60,713 nucleotides of DNA, from positions 1-60,713 of the forward strand of contig DQUB01000055.1 of assembly GCA_015662475.1 (NCBI GenBank). Direction: 5' to 3'. The notes under the pieces were generated by a model. It did no database searches. It saw nothing but the letters and a program-made list of their open reading frames with translations, and was not told the origin of the DNA. The stretch's first letter is position 1; the number at the start of each line of letters is the position of its first letter. The position numbers and the translations under genes are program-made. Of the stretch, positions 10,158 to 20,140 are shown one piece after another. Origin of the DNA: Pyrodictium sp. Its GTDB lineage: Archaea; Thermoproteota; Thermoprotei_A; Sulfolobales; Pyrodictiaceae.

Positions 10158-10785
10158 GAAATCATTGCAAAACCCATTACATAATCTCATCTTTTTCTTC
10201 AAAGAGCTTAGACGACTTGCAAGAATAAGCGATGCGCATAGCATAGCTCGTAGACTTTTTGTCACTAATAGTTTTGACGGACTCATATCAACACTTGGTA
10301 TAATTCTTGGCGGATACCTTGGCAACGTAGAAGATCCTGCAACATATATTTACACTGTTGCTGGCGGTATGCTTGCACTTGGAATTTTTAGCGGCATGAT
10401 AGCAACATATCTTTCCGAGAGAGCTGAACGGTTAAGAGAGCTTCATGAAACTGAGAGAGTTATGCTGCACAAACTGGATGACAGCATATATGCAAAGGTT
10501 GCACGCTATGTACCAGTATATGTGGCTTTCTGGAGTGGGATAGGTGCACTCCTACTACCCCTACTAACACTAATACCATTTGCAGTAGCGTTGTATCTTG
10601 GAACAGATTTTCCACTGGAAATAACTATTGCAGCTTCAACTTCAATAGCACTAGTGGAACTATTCCTCATAGGCTGCTACTTGGGGAAAATAAGTGGTGA
10701 AAGTAAGCTATTGAACGGACTTAAATTTGTCGGAATAGGATTAACCGCCGTCATAACATTACTAGCCTTAAAGGTTGTTTTTTAA
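10144..10785 (+). CDS. VIT1/CCC1-family membrane protein (TIGR00267-like)
   Basis: ARR.FVTNSFDG, YLSERAE motifs; about 5 TM segments. Confidence 0.85.
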   Translation: MLESEKSLQNPLHNLIFFFKELRRLARISDAHSIARRLFVTNSFDGLISTLGIILGGYLGNVEDPATYIYTVAGGMLALGIFSGMIATYLSERAERLRELHETERVMLHKLDDSIYAKVARYVPVYVAFWSGIGALLLPLLTLIPFAVALYLGTDFPLEITIAASTSIALVELFLIGCYLGKISGESKLLNGLKFVGIGLTAVITLLALKVVF

Positions 10786-10844
10786 GGCCTCAGTACAGCG
10801 AAGAGATCATCAACATTCAGCTCCGCCGGAATACTTCATCGGCC
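10786..10844 (-). ncRNA. Box C/D guide sRNA
   Basis: GGCC terminal stem; C ATGAAGT - ATTCCGGCGGAG - D' CTGA - C' TTGATGA - TCTCTTCGCTGTA - D CTGA. Confidence 0.8.
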
Positions 10845-10875
10845 ACCTCCACCCCCTCCTTAAATACAGTATCGG

Positions 10876-11601
10876 TTGAATAGCTGTTTCGGGCGTCTGA
10901 TCATGAACAGCCAATTAGATTTAAAATGTATGCAATCTTGCACCTACACCATAAAGCTTCTATCATCAAGACCTTGGTTTAAAAAGCTCATCCATATAGT
11001 ACCACTACTTTATCCACACGACGATGTTCACGGGCTAGGGCATGTCTTACGCGTTTTCTGTCTTGCCACTTGTATCGCTATAGCTGAGGGTGCTGACCTA
11101 GATATTGTGGCAGCTGCAGCATTACTGCACGACATTGGTAGACTTGTTGAAAACCATATGCAGGTACATCATGCGATAATATCTGCAAACATGGCCTCAG
11201 AACTGCTTAGCGCTGTAGGATTTCCAGAGCATAAGATAGACGCTGTTAAAAGAGCTATACTGGCACACAGCTATAGTTTAAAACTGGCCCCTAGAAGCGT
11301 TGAAGAGTGTTGTGTGAGTGATGCTGATAAGTTAGACGCATTAGGCGCTATAGGTGTTTACCGAACTATAGCTACGAATGTACTACGTGGAAACAATCTA
11401 AACAGCATTATAGAGCATTTTGTAGAGAAGCTTTCGAAGCTAGAACAGTTAATGTGCACTAGAACTGGAAAGAAAATTGCTAGACAGAGACAGAAATTCA
11501 TCAACGAGTTCTTCGAGAATCTTAGATCTGAAATTTCCCTAGGAGAAGAAGCCTATAATACTATTAGAGATCTCGTGAAGATCTGGTCAACAAAGCCTTG
11601 A
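10876..11601 (+). CDS. HD-domain phosphohydrolase
   Basis: HGLGH..RV, LLHDIGR, DADKLDALGA.G motifs. Confidence 0.9.
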   Translation: MNSCFGRLIMNSQLDLKCMQSCTYTIKLLSSRPWFKKLIHIVPLLYPHDDVHGLGHVLRVFCLATCIAIAEGADLDIVAAAALLHDIGRLVENHMQVHHAIISANMASELLSAVGFPEHKIDAVKRAILAHSYSLKLAPRSVEECCVSDADKLDALGAIGVYRTIATNVLRGNNLNSIIEHFVEKLSKLEQLMCTRTGKKIARQRQKFINEFFENLRSEISLGEEAYNTIRDLVKIWSTKP

Positions 11602-12878
11602 AACCCAAGCTACTCGTACTGGTACTAGATGGTGCTGCTGACAGCCCCACCATTGAAAAGACGAGTTTAAGTACCGCTAACACGCCTGGTCTCGACGAAC
11701 TAGCTCAACACGCATATGCAGGTTTCCACTATCCCATAGGTCCGGGCAAAGCACCAGAGAGTGATACAGCAGTGCTATCTCTACTCGGCTATGATCCTGA
11801 AAAATATTATACGGGTAGAGGGCCCCTAGAAGCACTCGGCATAAATGTTCAAATTAGAGAGGGGTATGAGGTAGCATTTAGAGCAAATTTTGCAACAATT
11901 GATGAATCTACACTTGAAATAATTGATAGACGTGTAGGAAGATCTCTAAAGAGTGAAGAAGCACGAGAACTAGCAAAAGCTGTTGATGGGATGAAACTAT
12001 CTGACGATGGCTATGCACGTGTATGGGCAACTATAGGTCATCGAGCAGTTGTCATAATAGGTAGTAGGACACGTAGACTGAGTGGAATGGTGGGTAATAC
12101 TGATCCAGCCTATATCCGTAAAGGTCTCATCTCAGTTGCTGTTCCAAATCCTTCAAAACGAATAGCAAGATGCGTACCTTTAGTAGATGACGAGGCGGCA
12201 AAAGAAACTTGCAAACTTGTTGATGAGTTCACGTTAAAAGCCATAGAGATACTCAAAGACCATCCAATAAACATTGAAAGAGCTCAAAAAGGTTTACCCA
12301 AGGCAAACGCCATACTCTTACGAGACGCTGGAGATCGTATGCCTAGACTACCACACTTCGCCAAAATGCATGGCTTTACCTCCGCTAGCGGTATAGCTGA
12401 AATGCCAGTTGAAATCGGGATACTTAGAGCTGCAAAAATGCACATCTATTTAGTACCACCTCCTACGGGAAACCTGAGAGAAGATCTACCACTACGTCTT
12501 AAAGCAACTATTAGAGCACTATCAGAAAACGATTTCGTATACGTACATTTAAAAGGACCCGATGAACCGGGCCACGACGGCAAATTTGAAGACAAGGTTA
12601 GAGCAATAGAAGAAATAGACAAGTACTTCATACAACCATTGCTAAATGAAATAGACTTAGACAATGTCGCAGTACTGGTTACCTCCGACCATGCTACACC
12701 CTACACTTTAAGAAGCCATAGTGGCGATCCAGTACCATTCATGCTCTCTTGGAAGAAGATAAAGAATAGTATAGGTAAGTTTGATGAGAAGAACTGTATC
12801 CGGCAAGCTAAATGGCGCATAGACTATGCATACAGGTTACTACCAACTATAGTTAGGTTTCTCAAAACACATGCTTGA
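11598..12878 (+). CDS. apgM: 2,3-bisphosphoglycerate-independent phosphoglycerate mutase, archaeal type
   Basis: LDGAAD, PESD, GRGPLEA.G, PDEPGHDG, SDHATP, HSGDPVP. Confidence 0.93.
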   Translation: MKPKLLVLVLDGAADSPTIEKTSLSTANTPGLDELAQHAYAGFHYPIGPGKAPESDTAVLSLLGYDPEKYYTGRGPLEALGINVQIREGYEVAFRANFATIDESTLEIIDRRVGRSLKSEEARELAKAVDGMKLSDDGYARVWATIGHRAVVIIGSRTRRLSGMVGNTDPAYIRKGLISVAVPNPSKRIARCVPLVDDEAAKETCKLVDEFTLKAIEILKDHPINIERAQKGLPKANAILLRDAGDRMPRLPHFAKMHGFTSASGIAEMPVEIGILRAAKMHIYLVPPPTGNLREDLPLRLKATIRALSENDFVYVHLKGPDEPGHDGKFEDKVRAIEEIDKYFIQPLLNEIDLDNVAVLVTSDHATPYTLRSHSGDPVPFMLSWKKIKNSIGKFDEKNCIRQAKWRIDYAYRLLPTIVRFLKTHA

Positions 12879-12895
12879 GAATCTACATGTGTGGG

Positions 12896-12966
12896 AGCTC
12901 AGCAGCGCCCAGCACTTCTCCATCCCGGGGCAAAGCCCGGTACGTTCCGGTCCACCTCAGCATCCA
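12896..12966 (-). ncRNA. Atypical box C/D-like sRNA with internal hairpin
   Basis: C-like ATGCTGA, CCGGG/CCCGG hairpin, C'-like ATGGAGA, AGTGCTGGGCGCTG, D CTGA; GC-rich patch between convergent genes. Confidence 0.55.
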
Positions 12967-12981
12967 AAACCTCCTCTATTT

Positions 12982-13770
12982 CTAATGCCCTATTTTTACT
13001 TGTACCTCAATAGAGTCTATTTTGTCTAGTTCTGATAAGAGTCTATCTATATTAATGCGTCCACGTTTGTATTGTTCAACTAACATGAAAAATTTATCAT
13101 ATTCACTAGCATTTAATGGTCTTCTCAACCTTATCACAAAACTACAAAGTCTTGATACAACTACTTCTATGATGGCACCACTACATAGCGCATCTAACAT
13201 GTTCTCGAGATCTGTTGGGGATGGCATGCAAACTTCGTTTGGATGTGTATGTCCAAAGAATACGTGCGGGATTTTTGGAAGTATTACATTTCTTTCTCCA
13301 CCTCTACCAACAGCTATATTGCCATCCCATGTTACCACTACAAAGTATTCGTTGTTTTTGAAAGAGAGTTTGTGGAGGATAGGCATAATATTGTTTTCAA
13401 CAACTTCAAGCATTTTAATGCTTATACTATCAGCATGCAAGCAACTGGAACCAATTGGATTGTCAAAACACTTTACAACTATTCGATCCGTAGAAAGCAA
13501 ATGTTTCGTTAGCGTTGATTCTATGTACGCTGTAACTTCTTCTAGCCAACTTTTATCTGGACAGTTTTTAGCGTAGAAGACATAGACCCATTTATTGTTT
13601 TGCTCTTCTGCTTGTAGTAAGCATGTAGATGGGGTATACTCTTCAAGTAAGGTTGCAAGATGAAAAGCTATACCTAGTCTAGCTACTATGACACCTGTAT
13701 TTCCGAATATTTGGTTCAGCTCGGCATCCCACTCCGCACCGCTCGGAACAGTGCCCGGAGCCTTCATCAC
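12982..13770 (-). CDS. JAMM/MPN+ motif metalloprotease-like protein
   Basis: HTHPNEVCMPSPTD matches HxH-x7-S-x2-D. Confidence 0.65.
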   Translation of the reverse strand: MMKAPGTVPSGAEWDAELNQIFGNTGVIVARLGIAFHLATLLEEYTPSTCLLQAEEQNNKWVYVFYAKNCPDKSWLEEVTAYIESTLTKHLLSTDRIVVKCFDNPIGSSCLHADSISIKMLEVVENNIMPILHKLSFKNNEYFVVVTWDGNIAVGRGGERNVILPKIPHVFFGHTHPNEVCMPSPTDLENMLDALCSGAIIEVVVSRLCSFVIRLRRPLNASEYDKFFMLVEQYKRGRINIDRLLSELDKIDSIEVQVKIGH

Positions 13771-13840
13771 CTACATATGCCATATTATGTTTAGGCGTAA
13801 AAATCTTGTCTAAATTACACTGTAATTGTTAAACTCTTCT

Positions 13841-15298
13841 TCAAATGTTGTAATATAGATATACTTCTATTGGCGATGGATATAGTCTAACTTCATTGCA
13901 CTCTCTCCTTTTGATCTCTATGTAAGTTTCCAGAGTTTCTTTGGGGAATATTGGTTTGAGGAACTCCATGTCCGATTCAAGTTCATCAAGCGCTTCATCA
14001 AGACTACGCGGTAGCTCTCTTATCCCCAATCTACGCCTCTCCTCAACCGTCATAGTATATACGTTTTTGTCCACTGGATCTCCAGGATCTATCTTCTTCT
14101 TAATACCATCAAGGCCTGCAGCAAGTATAGCTGCAAACGCTAGATATGGGTTTGCCGATGGATCTGGAGGTCTAAACTCTATCCTCTTACCCTTAGCATC
14201 GCCTCGATGATATATAGGCACTCTTACTGCTGCACTGCGATTAGCCTTGCTCCAAACAAGGTACACTGGCGCTTCGTAACCCGGTACTAACCTTTTATAA
14301 CTATTTGTTGTTGGTGCAACTAGAGCTGCTAACGCTCTACCGTGTTCTAGTAGCCCACCAATGAAATAGCGACCCAACTGACTTAGTTCTGCATATTCAT
14401 CGTTGGGATCGTAGAACAGGTTTTCCTTACCTTCTCTATCCCAAAGACTAATGTGTGTATGCATTCCATTACCGTTATCACCATAGACAACTTTAGGCAT
14501 GAAGGTTGCCGTCATCCCATGTCTTGCTGCAACATTTCTCGCAACATACTTGAGCGTGATTACGTTATCTGCCGTCTTTTTAAGATCTGCAAATCTAAAA
14601 TCTATCTCCACCTGGCCAAACGCTGCAACTTCATGGTGATGAGCCTCCACTGTGAATCCAAAATAGTCTTCAAGATATTCTGCAATCTCTTCTCTTACAA
14701 CTAGCAGTTTATCTATCGGTGTTGGCGTATGATAGGCCTTTTTTATTCTCTGGAAATCACCAACATTGACTAGCCTGTCAGAACTAGTGCTGTTAACTTC
14801 AAAGCTGTGTATCCTATAGCCTGTCCCGAATACCGGGGTTAAGATGTCTACTTCAATGCCATTTAATATCATGAATTCTACCTCAGGACCAAAGAATGCT
14901 ACATAGCCGTTTTCCGCTGCATACTGCATAGCCCTTTCTGCAATATAGCGTGGATCTTTTGGAAATCTACCTCTCCCCATACTCAGATACACATCAACTA
15001 TCATTCTAGCACGCTTAGGGTTCCAAGGGAGTATTGCTGCTGTTGACGGATCAGGCTTTAACACCAAATCACTCTCATTAATAGCAGTAAAACCTTCAAC
15101 ACTACTACCATCAAGTTGACCCAAACCTTTAGTAAATGCATCCTCGTCCAGCGAGTGGAGAGGAACCGTAGTTGAATGCAAATAGCCTGCTAGATCGACA
15201 AAGTGTAACTCTACCCATCTTACACCCTTTTTCTTCAATTCTTCTACAACTCGAAGACCTTGCTCACCCAACAACTTACACCCTTCTTGATACCCCAT
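13841..15298 (-). CDS. glnA: Glutamine synthetase type I
   Basis: DGSS, GPEVEF, HHHEVA, GNGMH, RLVPGYEAP, NRSA.VR.P, RIEFRPPD. Confidence 0.98.
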   Translation of the reverse strand: MGYQEGCKLLGEQGLRVVEELKKKGVRWVELHFVDLAGYLHSTTVPLHSLDEDAFTKGLGQLDGSSVEGFTAINESDLVLKPDPSTAAILPWNPKRARMIVDVYLSMGRGRFPKDPRYIAERAMQYAAENGYVAFFGPEVEFMILNGIEVDILTPVFGTGYRIHSFEVNSTSSDRLVNVGDFQRIKKAYHTPTPIDKLLVVREEIAEYLEDYFGFTVEAHHHEVAAFGQVEIDFRFADLKKTADNVITLKYVARNVAARHGMTATFMPKVVYGDNGNGMHTHISLWDREGKENLFYDPNDEYAELSQLGRYFIGGLLEHGRALAALVAPTTNSYKRLVPGYEAPVYLVWSKANRSAAVRVPIYHRGDAKGKRIEFRPPDPSANPYLAFAAILAAGLDGIKKKIDPGDPVDKNVYTMTVEERRRLGIRELPRSLDEALDELESDMEFLKPIFPKETLETYIEIKRRECNEVRLYPSPIEVYLYYNI

Positions 15299-15414
15299 TC
15301 GGACAAGTATAGAAACAGTACGCTTTAGAAGACGAACACTAATTCGAATAACTACACTACAGTTGAGCCTAAAACTAGACTCATGAGCTGTAATCGTTGA
15401 GTGGAGATGAGTAG

Positions 15415-16467
15415 ATGCTTGTTAGAGCATTAACACTACACTTGGACGAATACCCTACAACTCCTAAGCAAATATTGAAAACTGTTGAGTCTTCCATAGA
15501 GAAACTTAAGAAGTTGTCCAAGACTATACAGCGCGAAGCCAATTTAGACGTTTGGTCACTACGTATTTCTTTCCCATTGACACCCCAAGATGTTGACAAT
15601 AGCTTTCTTGTGGAGATGGCTCGAAAACTAGCATCATACAAAGAGGCCATGTTCTCATTTATACATGTTAAGAGTGCTGATAGGCTAGACCTGCTAGAGT
15701 TAGTGAAGATCTCAGATAATCTTTATGGTTCTGCTATTATAAGCGATTGGAGTGATCATAGTCTTCAAAAACTACAACAGCTTATCATAAGACTTGGATA
15801 CAATGCATCAAGAGTAGCTGTAGTCACTAACAATATTCTAACACCCTATTTTCCTGTTGGCACTCTAGTAGATGTTGATGAAGAATGTGTAAGTGTAGCT
15901 TACCTGTACCCAGACATTATCGAGGAGAAAGGCTTTGAAGGACTTTCAACACTCATTCAATACGCACAAAAGATTGAAAAAACCGTTAAGATGACGTCTG
16001 CACACTTCTGTGGACACGATCTATCTCTATCACCCTGGAACAACATGAGTGTTGCCAGAGCTCTTACAAGACTATTCGGCTATCAACCTTTTGAATATGG
16101 TTTTGGTCTAACAGTAGACATGTTCAACGAAAAGTTAGCAAAAATGTGTGAGATGGTGACATGTATAGGATTTAACGAAGTTATGCTAGCTGTAGCTGAA
16201 GACAATGAGCTTAAAAAACTTGTTGGAGAAGGGCTTCTTAGACTAGAACACCTTGTACGCCTTGCCTACGCCTCAGTAGCTGGCATAGACATGGTACTAC
16301 TTCCTAAAACCCATGCTAATCTAATACCTCGACTTTACCTCGAAATTATAGCTGCTAGTAGAGTGAAGAAACGCCCTCTTGGATTTAGAGTGATAGTTTC
16401 AAAAGCTAAACCCCGTGAATGGGTTGAATTTGGGATATTTGGTAAAACACCTGTAATAGAGTGTTAG
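15415..16467 (+). CDS. DUF711 family protein
   Basis: DLSLSPW, GFNEVML.VAED..L, AGIDMV, KPLG.RV-like motifs. Confidence 0.75.
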   Translation: MLVRALTLHLDEYPTTPKQILKTVESSIEKLKKLSKTIQREANLDVWSLRISFPLTPQDVDNSFLVEMARKLASYKEAMFSFIHVKSADRLDLLELVKISDNLYGSAIISDWSDHSLQKLQQLIIRLGYNASRVAVVTNNILTPYFPVGTLVDVDEECVSVAYLYPDIIEEKGFEGLSTLIQYAQKIEKTVKMTSAHFCGHDLSLSPWNNMSVARALTRLFGYQPFEYGFGLTVDMFNEKLAKMCEMVTCIGFNEVMLAVAEDNELKKLVGEGLLRLEHLVRLAYASVAGIDMVLLPKTHANLIPRLYLEIIAASRVKKRPLGFRVIVSKAKPREWVEFGIFGKTPVIEC

Positions 16468-16471
16468 TCGA

Positions 16472-17443
16472 ATGGATGGTAGTATGGAGACCACTGTGTA
16501 TGGGTGCATAGACAATAACACAATCGTTTTTGAAGTGGATGTTGAAAGCGAAATACCATTATATGTGCCATCTAGTTGCAAGGTGTTAGAGAAAAGAAAC
16601 ACACATTTAAAAGCTAGATGCAGTATTGGTCTTCAAGACCCAACATACATGCCACCAGCCTACTATCTTCTACCACTTCCACGCGATACACCATATCTAA
16701 AACAGCAAACACGAATTGTACTCGATATACCGCCTACATGGCATGCTATTGGGCTAGTTGAACACCATTCAACAGTTATTACAAAGACTAAGCGTGTCTA
16801 TATGGAGGGAGAACAACCACCTCAACTACTACTGTACAGGAAAGAACCATTACCAAAAACGTTGGAATTACATGATCTGCTCTTCGACTACCCCATACTC
16901 CTTTACAAAAGCGAAGAAGATGTGGTAAAGTGTTTGTACCACATTAAACAAAATGCGCTAAACTATGATGATACTGCTAAAGGGTTTAGCTGCAGTCTTG
17001 ATAAACCATGTGAGTTATACTGCAGCGAGTCTGTCTACAAACAGATAGTAAATACGCTAATGTCAGTAGATCTCAGCAATTTTGATCCCTACACAGCTTC
17101 TGCAATAATTCAACGCTTGCTGGGTTGCATACTGTCTACAGAGGCTATTAAAGCTATACGTGATGATCTAGTAGCACAAAAAAGAGCCATTACTAGTATC
17201 CTTGATTTAGTATCGGTTAAGATTGAAGGGGGAACTGCTACAATTAGTCTCTTGTACCCTTTCAAAAGGATTTGTATTCGCTACGACTGCGACAGTGTTG
17301 GAAAAGAAATCTGCTACTTTAAACATAACGTTATCAGTATAGACCTTAACAGTACGTGTAACATATACATAGCCTTTATATGCAGATCATGCTGGCAAGA
17401 ATTGAGACGTTTGCTGACTAGGTTCTCGAACAACAACACGTGA
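16472..17443 (+). CDS. Hypothetical protein
   Basis: 323-aa ORF 4 bp after the DUF711 gene; no family recognised. Confidence 0.6.
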   Translation: MDGSMETTVYGCIDNNTIVFEVDVESEIPLYVPSSCKVLEKRNTHLKARCSIGLQDPTYMPPAYYLLPLPRDTPYLKQQTRIVLDIPPTWHAIGLVEHHSTVITKTKRVYMEGEQPPQLLLYRKEPLPKTLELHDLLFDYPILLYKSEEDVVKCLYHIKQNALNYDDTAKGFSCSLDKPCELYCSESVYKQIVNTLMSVDLSNFDPYTASAIIQRLLGCILSTEAIKAIRDDLVAQKRAITSILDLVSVKIEGGTATISLLYPFKRICIRYDCDSVGKEICYFKHNVISIDLNSTCNIYIAFICRSCWQELRRLLTRFSNNNT

Positions 17444-20140
17444 TATACCAGACTCTTTAACAACTTCTACAACTGTATCCGCAGCCTCTTCCAACTCACG
17501 ATCATGTGTAACAACTATCATCTGATTAACACCTAGTAACTTTGGACCTTGTCGCAATATTTCAACAAGTTCTCGCCGTCTTTCTTCGTCCAAGTGTACT
17601 GTGGGCTCATCAAGTATCAATACACCCAATTTGCCTCCAAGAGCTCTAGCTATTGCTAGTCTAAAAGCTAGAGCTAACGCTATTCTTTCACCTCCACTAA
17701 GCATTGTCACACTCTTCTTACCATCCCTCGTTAGCAGGTACACATTGTATTCAGAATCTAGCTCGACTCCAAGTGCATCAACTCCAAATCTCATTATAAA
17801 TTGTTGCATTAGCATTTCTATAATCTTCTTTGCCTTTAACCTAATGAGCCTTGGCAAGCCACCTGGTTCTAACACTTTTTGGATACGCTTCAAGTCGCTG
17901 TAAGCTTTATTTATCTTAGCTAACATCTTTCTCTTCTCCTCAACAAGCTTTTCGCAATCTTGCAACTTCTTTTCATCTTCTTCAACCTTTCTTAGACGTT
18001 CTTCAAGCATAGCTTGTTCTTTAATGAGGTCCTCTATCTCTCTTCTAACCTCCTTCACACGTTTATCTACATTCCTAAACTCTTCTTCACTAAACTCTAG
18101 CGATCTAAGTCTATCGACAACCTCTTCTAGTTCAACAACTTTCTGCTCATATTTAGACTTGAGATTTGCAAGACGTTTCTCAAGCTGTTTCTTCTCAACC
18201 ATAAGTCTATCATACTCGCTTATAACCTTCTCAAACTCTTCAAGATTTTCCACAATATAGACTATTTCGTTGAGAGAGTAGCCTGCCAATGCCTCTTCCA
18301 ACATTTGTTCGGTGTGAATTAGCTCCTCTTTCAACTTATTTAGTCTCTCTTCCTCAACTTTGATTTTTGTTGCAAGCTCTTGTAGATGTTCCAACTGCTT
18401 AATACGCTCTTCAACTTTTCCAATCTCGTCTCTTAAGGCATCATACTCTTTTACAGCTGCTAATAGCTCAAGTAGCTTATTTTGAAGTTCTTGTTTTTCT
18501 CGTTCAACAACTCTTAACTTTTCATCCAACGTTCTAATATATGATACCATCTCCTCTACTTTACTCCTAGCTTTAGAAGAGCCTTCTAGAACACTTTTAA
18601 CAAACTCCATGTCCTTCTTAAGTCTCTCCTTCTTCTCAATAAGTTTTGAAAGTTTAGCTTCTAACTCCAACTTCTTTGCCCTAAGTTGTTTTATCAACTT
18701 CATTCTATGTTCAGCATCTAAAGGTCGGCCACAGAGAGGACAACGACCACTAGCTCTTGTCAACAGTTCAAGTTGTTTTGACACTTCGTCTAGTTGCGAT
18801 CTAATTGCACCTACCTCGCTATTCAACCTATCAAAATCTTTCTCTAATTTCTCAAGCACACTCTTACTTTTTGCCTCAAGCTGCTGGAGAGCGGAAAGCA
18901 GACGCTGCGGATCTCTTAAAGCTATGTTCCGTCTATTCAATGCTTGTTCAACAATAGCTACTATACGTGCTATTGCACGTTCTTTTTCCTCTCTAAGTCT
19001 ACTAATTTCTCTATCGAGATCCGTGAGACGTTTTTTAATGGTTTCATATTCTGCTACACGGTTACTTAGACGAGTTAGCTGATCATACAGTAGACGTCGT
19101 CTTCTCATAAGCTCTTCAAGCTCTTTTACTTCTACAACTCTACCTCTATACTTTCGTATGAAGTTGGCAATATTTGCAATTTCTCTTTCAAGCATACTCT
19201 TCTTCTCTAAAAGCACCCTTACCCTTTTTGCTACTTCCACCTTACTCTTAACCTCTTCGATCGAACCATACTTCTCCATGATGGCGTTTATCTGGCTCTC
19301 AATATCTCTAAGCTCGTCTTCAACTTCTCTAATTTCATTCTCCACTTCAGCTAATTCTTTCTCGAGCATTTCTCTTCTATTGCTAAGCGAGATGTATTCT
19401 TCATGAAGAGTTCTTAGATGTTGTAGTTTCTCTTCTAGCTCTGAAAGCAACTGTTTCTTCTCCAACAGCTTTTGCGTAATTTTGGCAAGTTGAGATTGAA
19501 GTTGTGGTTTTACCTCAACTTCTTTTCTGAGCCTTTGCACCTCGTTTTCCAAGTGGCTAATATCGTTTATTATTAGGTTGCGCCTATTTTCAATCTCTTT
19601 TACAAGGTACTTTATCCTCTCATAAGCTTTCTCTATAGCGTTAAGACCCAATAGCGTGTTTAGCATGTCTATACGCTTGTTTTTGTCGTAAAGTATTAGG
19701 TCTATCTCGCCTTGCCTAGCAATCATGGAGAAACGGGCAAGCGATGCATCAATCCCTGTTAACTTTCTAATTTCTAGTTCTACGTTCTTCACACCATATG
19801 CAATAAGTCTTCTACTATTTTGCTCGTCGACCTCATATAGTCTTGCATCTGAAGCTCCTGCACGATTTATGATACGTTCGACAATGTATTTGCGTGAACC
19901 AAGCCTAAAGCATACTCTAATATATGCACGTGGTGCACCTAGTCTGATTAGAGGCTCTTTCTTTCTAGGATCACGACTATGGATTGAGAATAGTGCATAT
20001 GTTATAGCATCTATAATGCTTGTCTTTCCCGCCCCATTAGGTCCGACTATAACCGTAATGCCAGGTTCAAGCTTTAATCTAGTCTCTTTATGACTTAGAA
20101 CGTTCTCCATATAAACTTCCTCTAAGATCAATAAAATCAC
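17387..20140 (-). CDS. rad50: DNA double-strand break repair ATPase Rad50
   Basis: GPNGAGKT Walker A, long coiled coil, CPLC zinc hook, LSGGE, ILDEPT. Confidence 0.96.
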   Translation of the reverse strand: MILLILEEVYMENVLSHKETRLKLEPGITVIVGPNGAGKTSIIDAITYALFSIHSRDPRKKEPLIRLGAPRAYIRVCFRLGSRKYIVERIINRAGASDARLYEVDEQNSRRLIAYGVKNVELEIRKLTGIDASLARFSMIARQGEIDLILYDKNKRIDMLNTLLGLNAIEKAYERIKYLVKEIENRRNLIINDISHLENEVQRLRKEVEVKPQLQSQLAKITQKLLEKKQLLSELEEKLQHLRTLHEEYISLSNRREMLEKELAEVENEIREVEDELRDIESQINAIMEKYGSIEEVKSKVEVAKRVRVLLEKKSMLEREIANIANFIRKYRGRVVEVKELEELMRRRRLLYDQLTRLSNRVAEYETIKKRLTDLDREISRLREEKERAIARIVAIVEQALNRRNIALRDPQRLLSALQQLEAKSKSVLEKLEKDFDRLNSEVGAIRSQLDEVSKQLELLTRASGRCPLCGRPLDAEHRMKLIKQLRAKKLELEAKLSKLIEKKERLKKDMEFVKSVLEGSSKARSKVEEMVSYIRTLDEKLRVVEREKQELQNKLLELLAAVKEYDALRDEIGKVEERIKQLEHLQELATKIKVEEERLNKLKEELIHTEQMLEEALAGYSLNEIVYIVENLEEFEKVISEYDRLMVEKKQLEKRLANLKSKYEQKVVELEEVVDRLRSLEFSEEEFRNVDKRVKEVRREIEDLIKEQAMLEERLRKVEEDEKKLQDCEKLVEEKRKMLAKINKAYSDLKRIQKVLEPGGLPRLIRLKAKKIIEMLMQQFIMRFGVDALGVELDSEYNVYLLTRDGKKSVTMLSGGERIALALAFRLAIARALGGKLGVLILDEPTVHLDEERRRELVEILRQGPKLLGVNQMIVVTHDRELEEAADTVVEVVKESGISRVVVREPSQQTSQFLPA

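Noticed and set aside
17900..19600. Low-complexity CT-rich periodicity
   Set aside because: Reflects Glu/Lys/Leu heptads of the Rad50 coiled coil.
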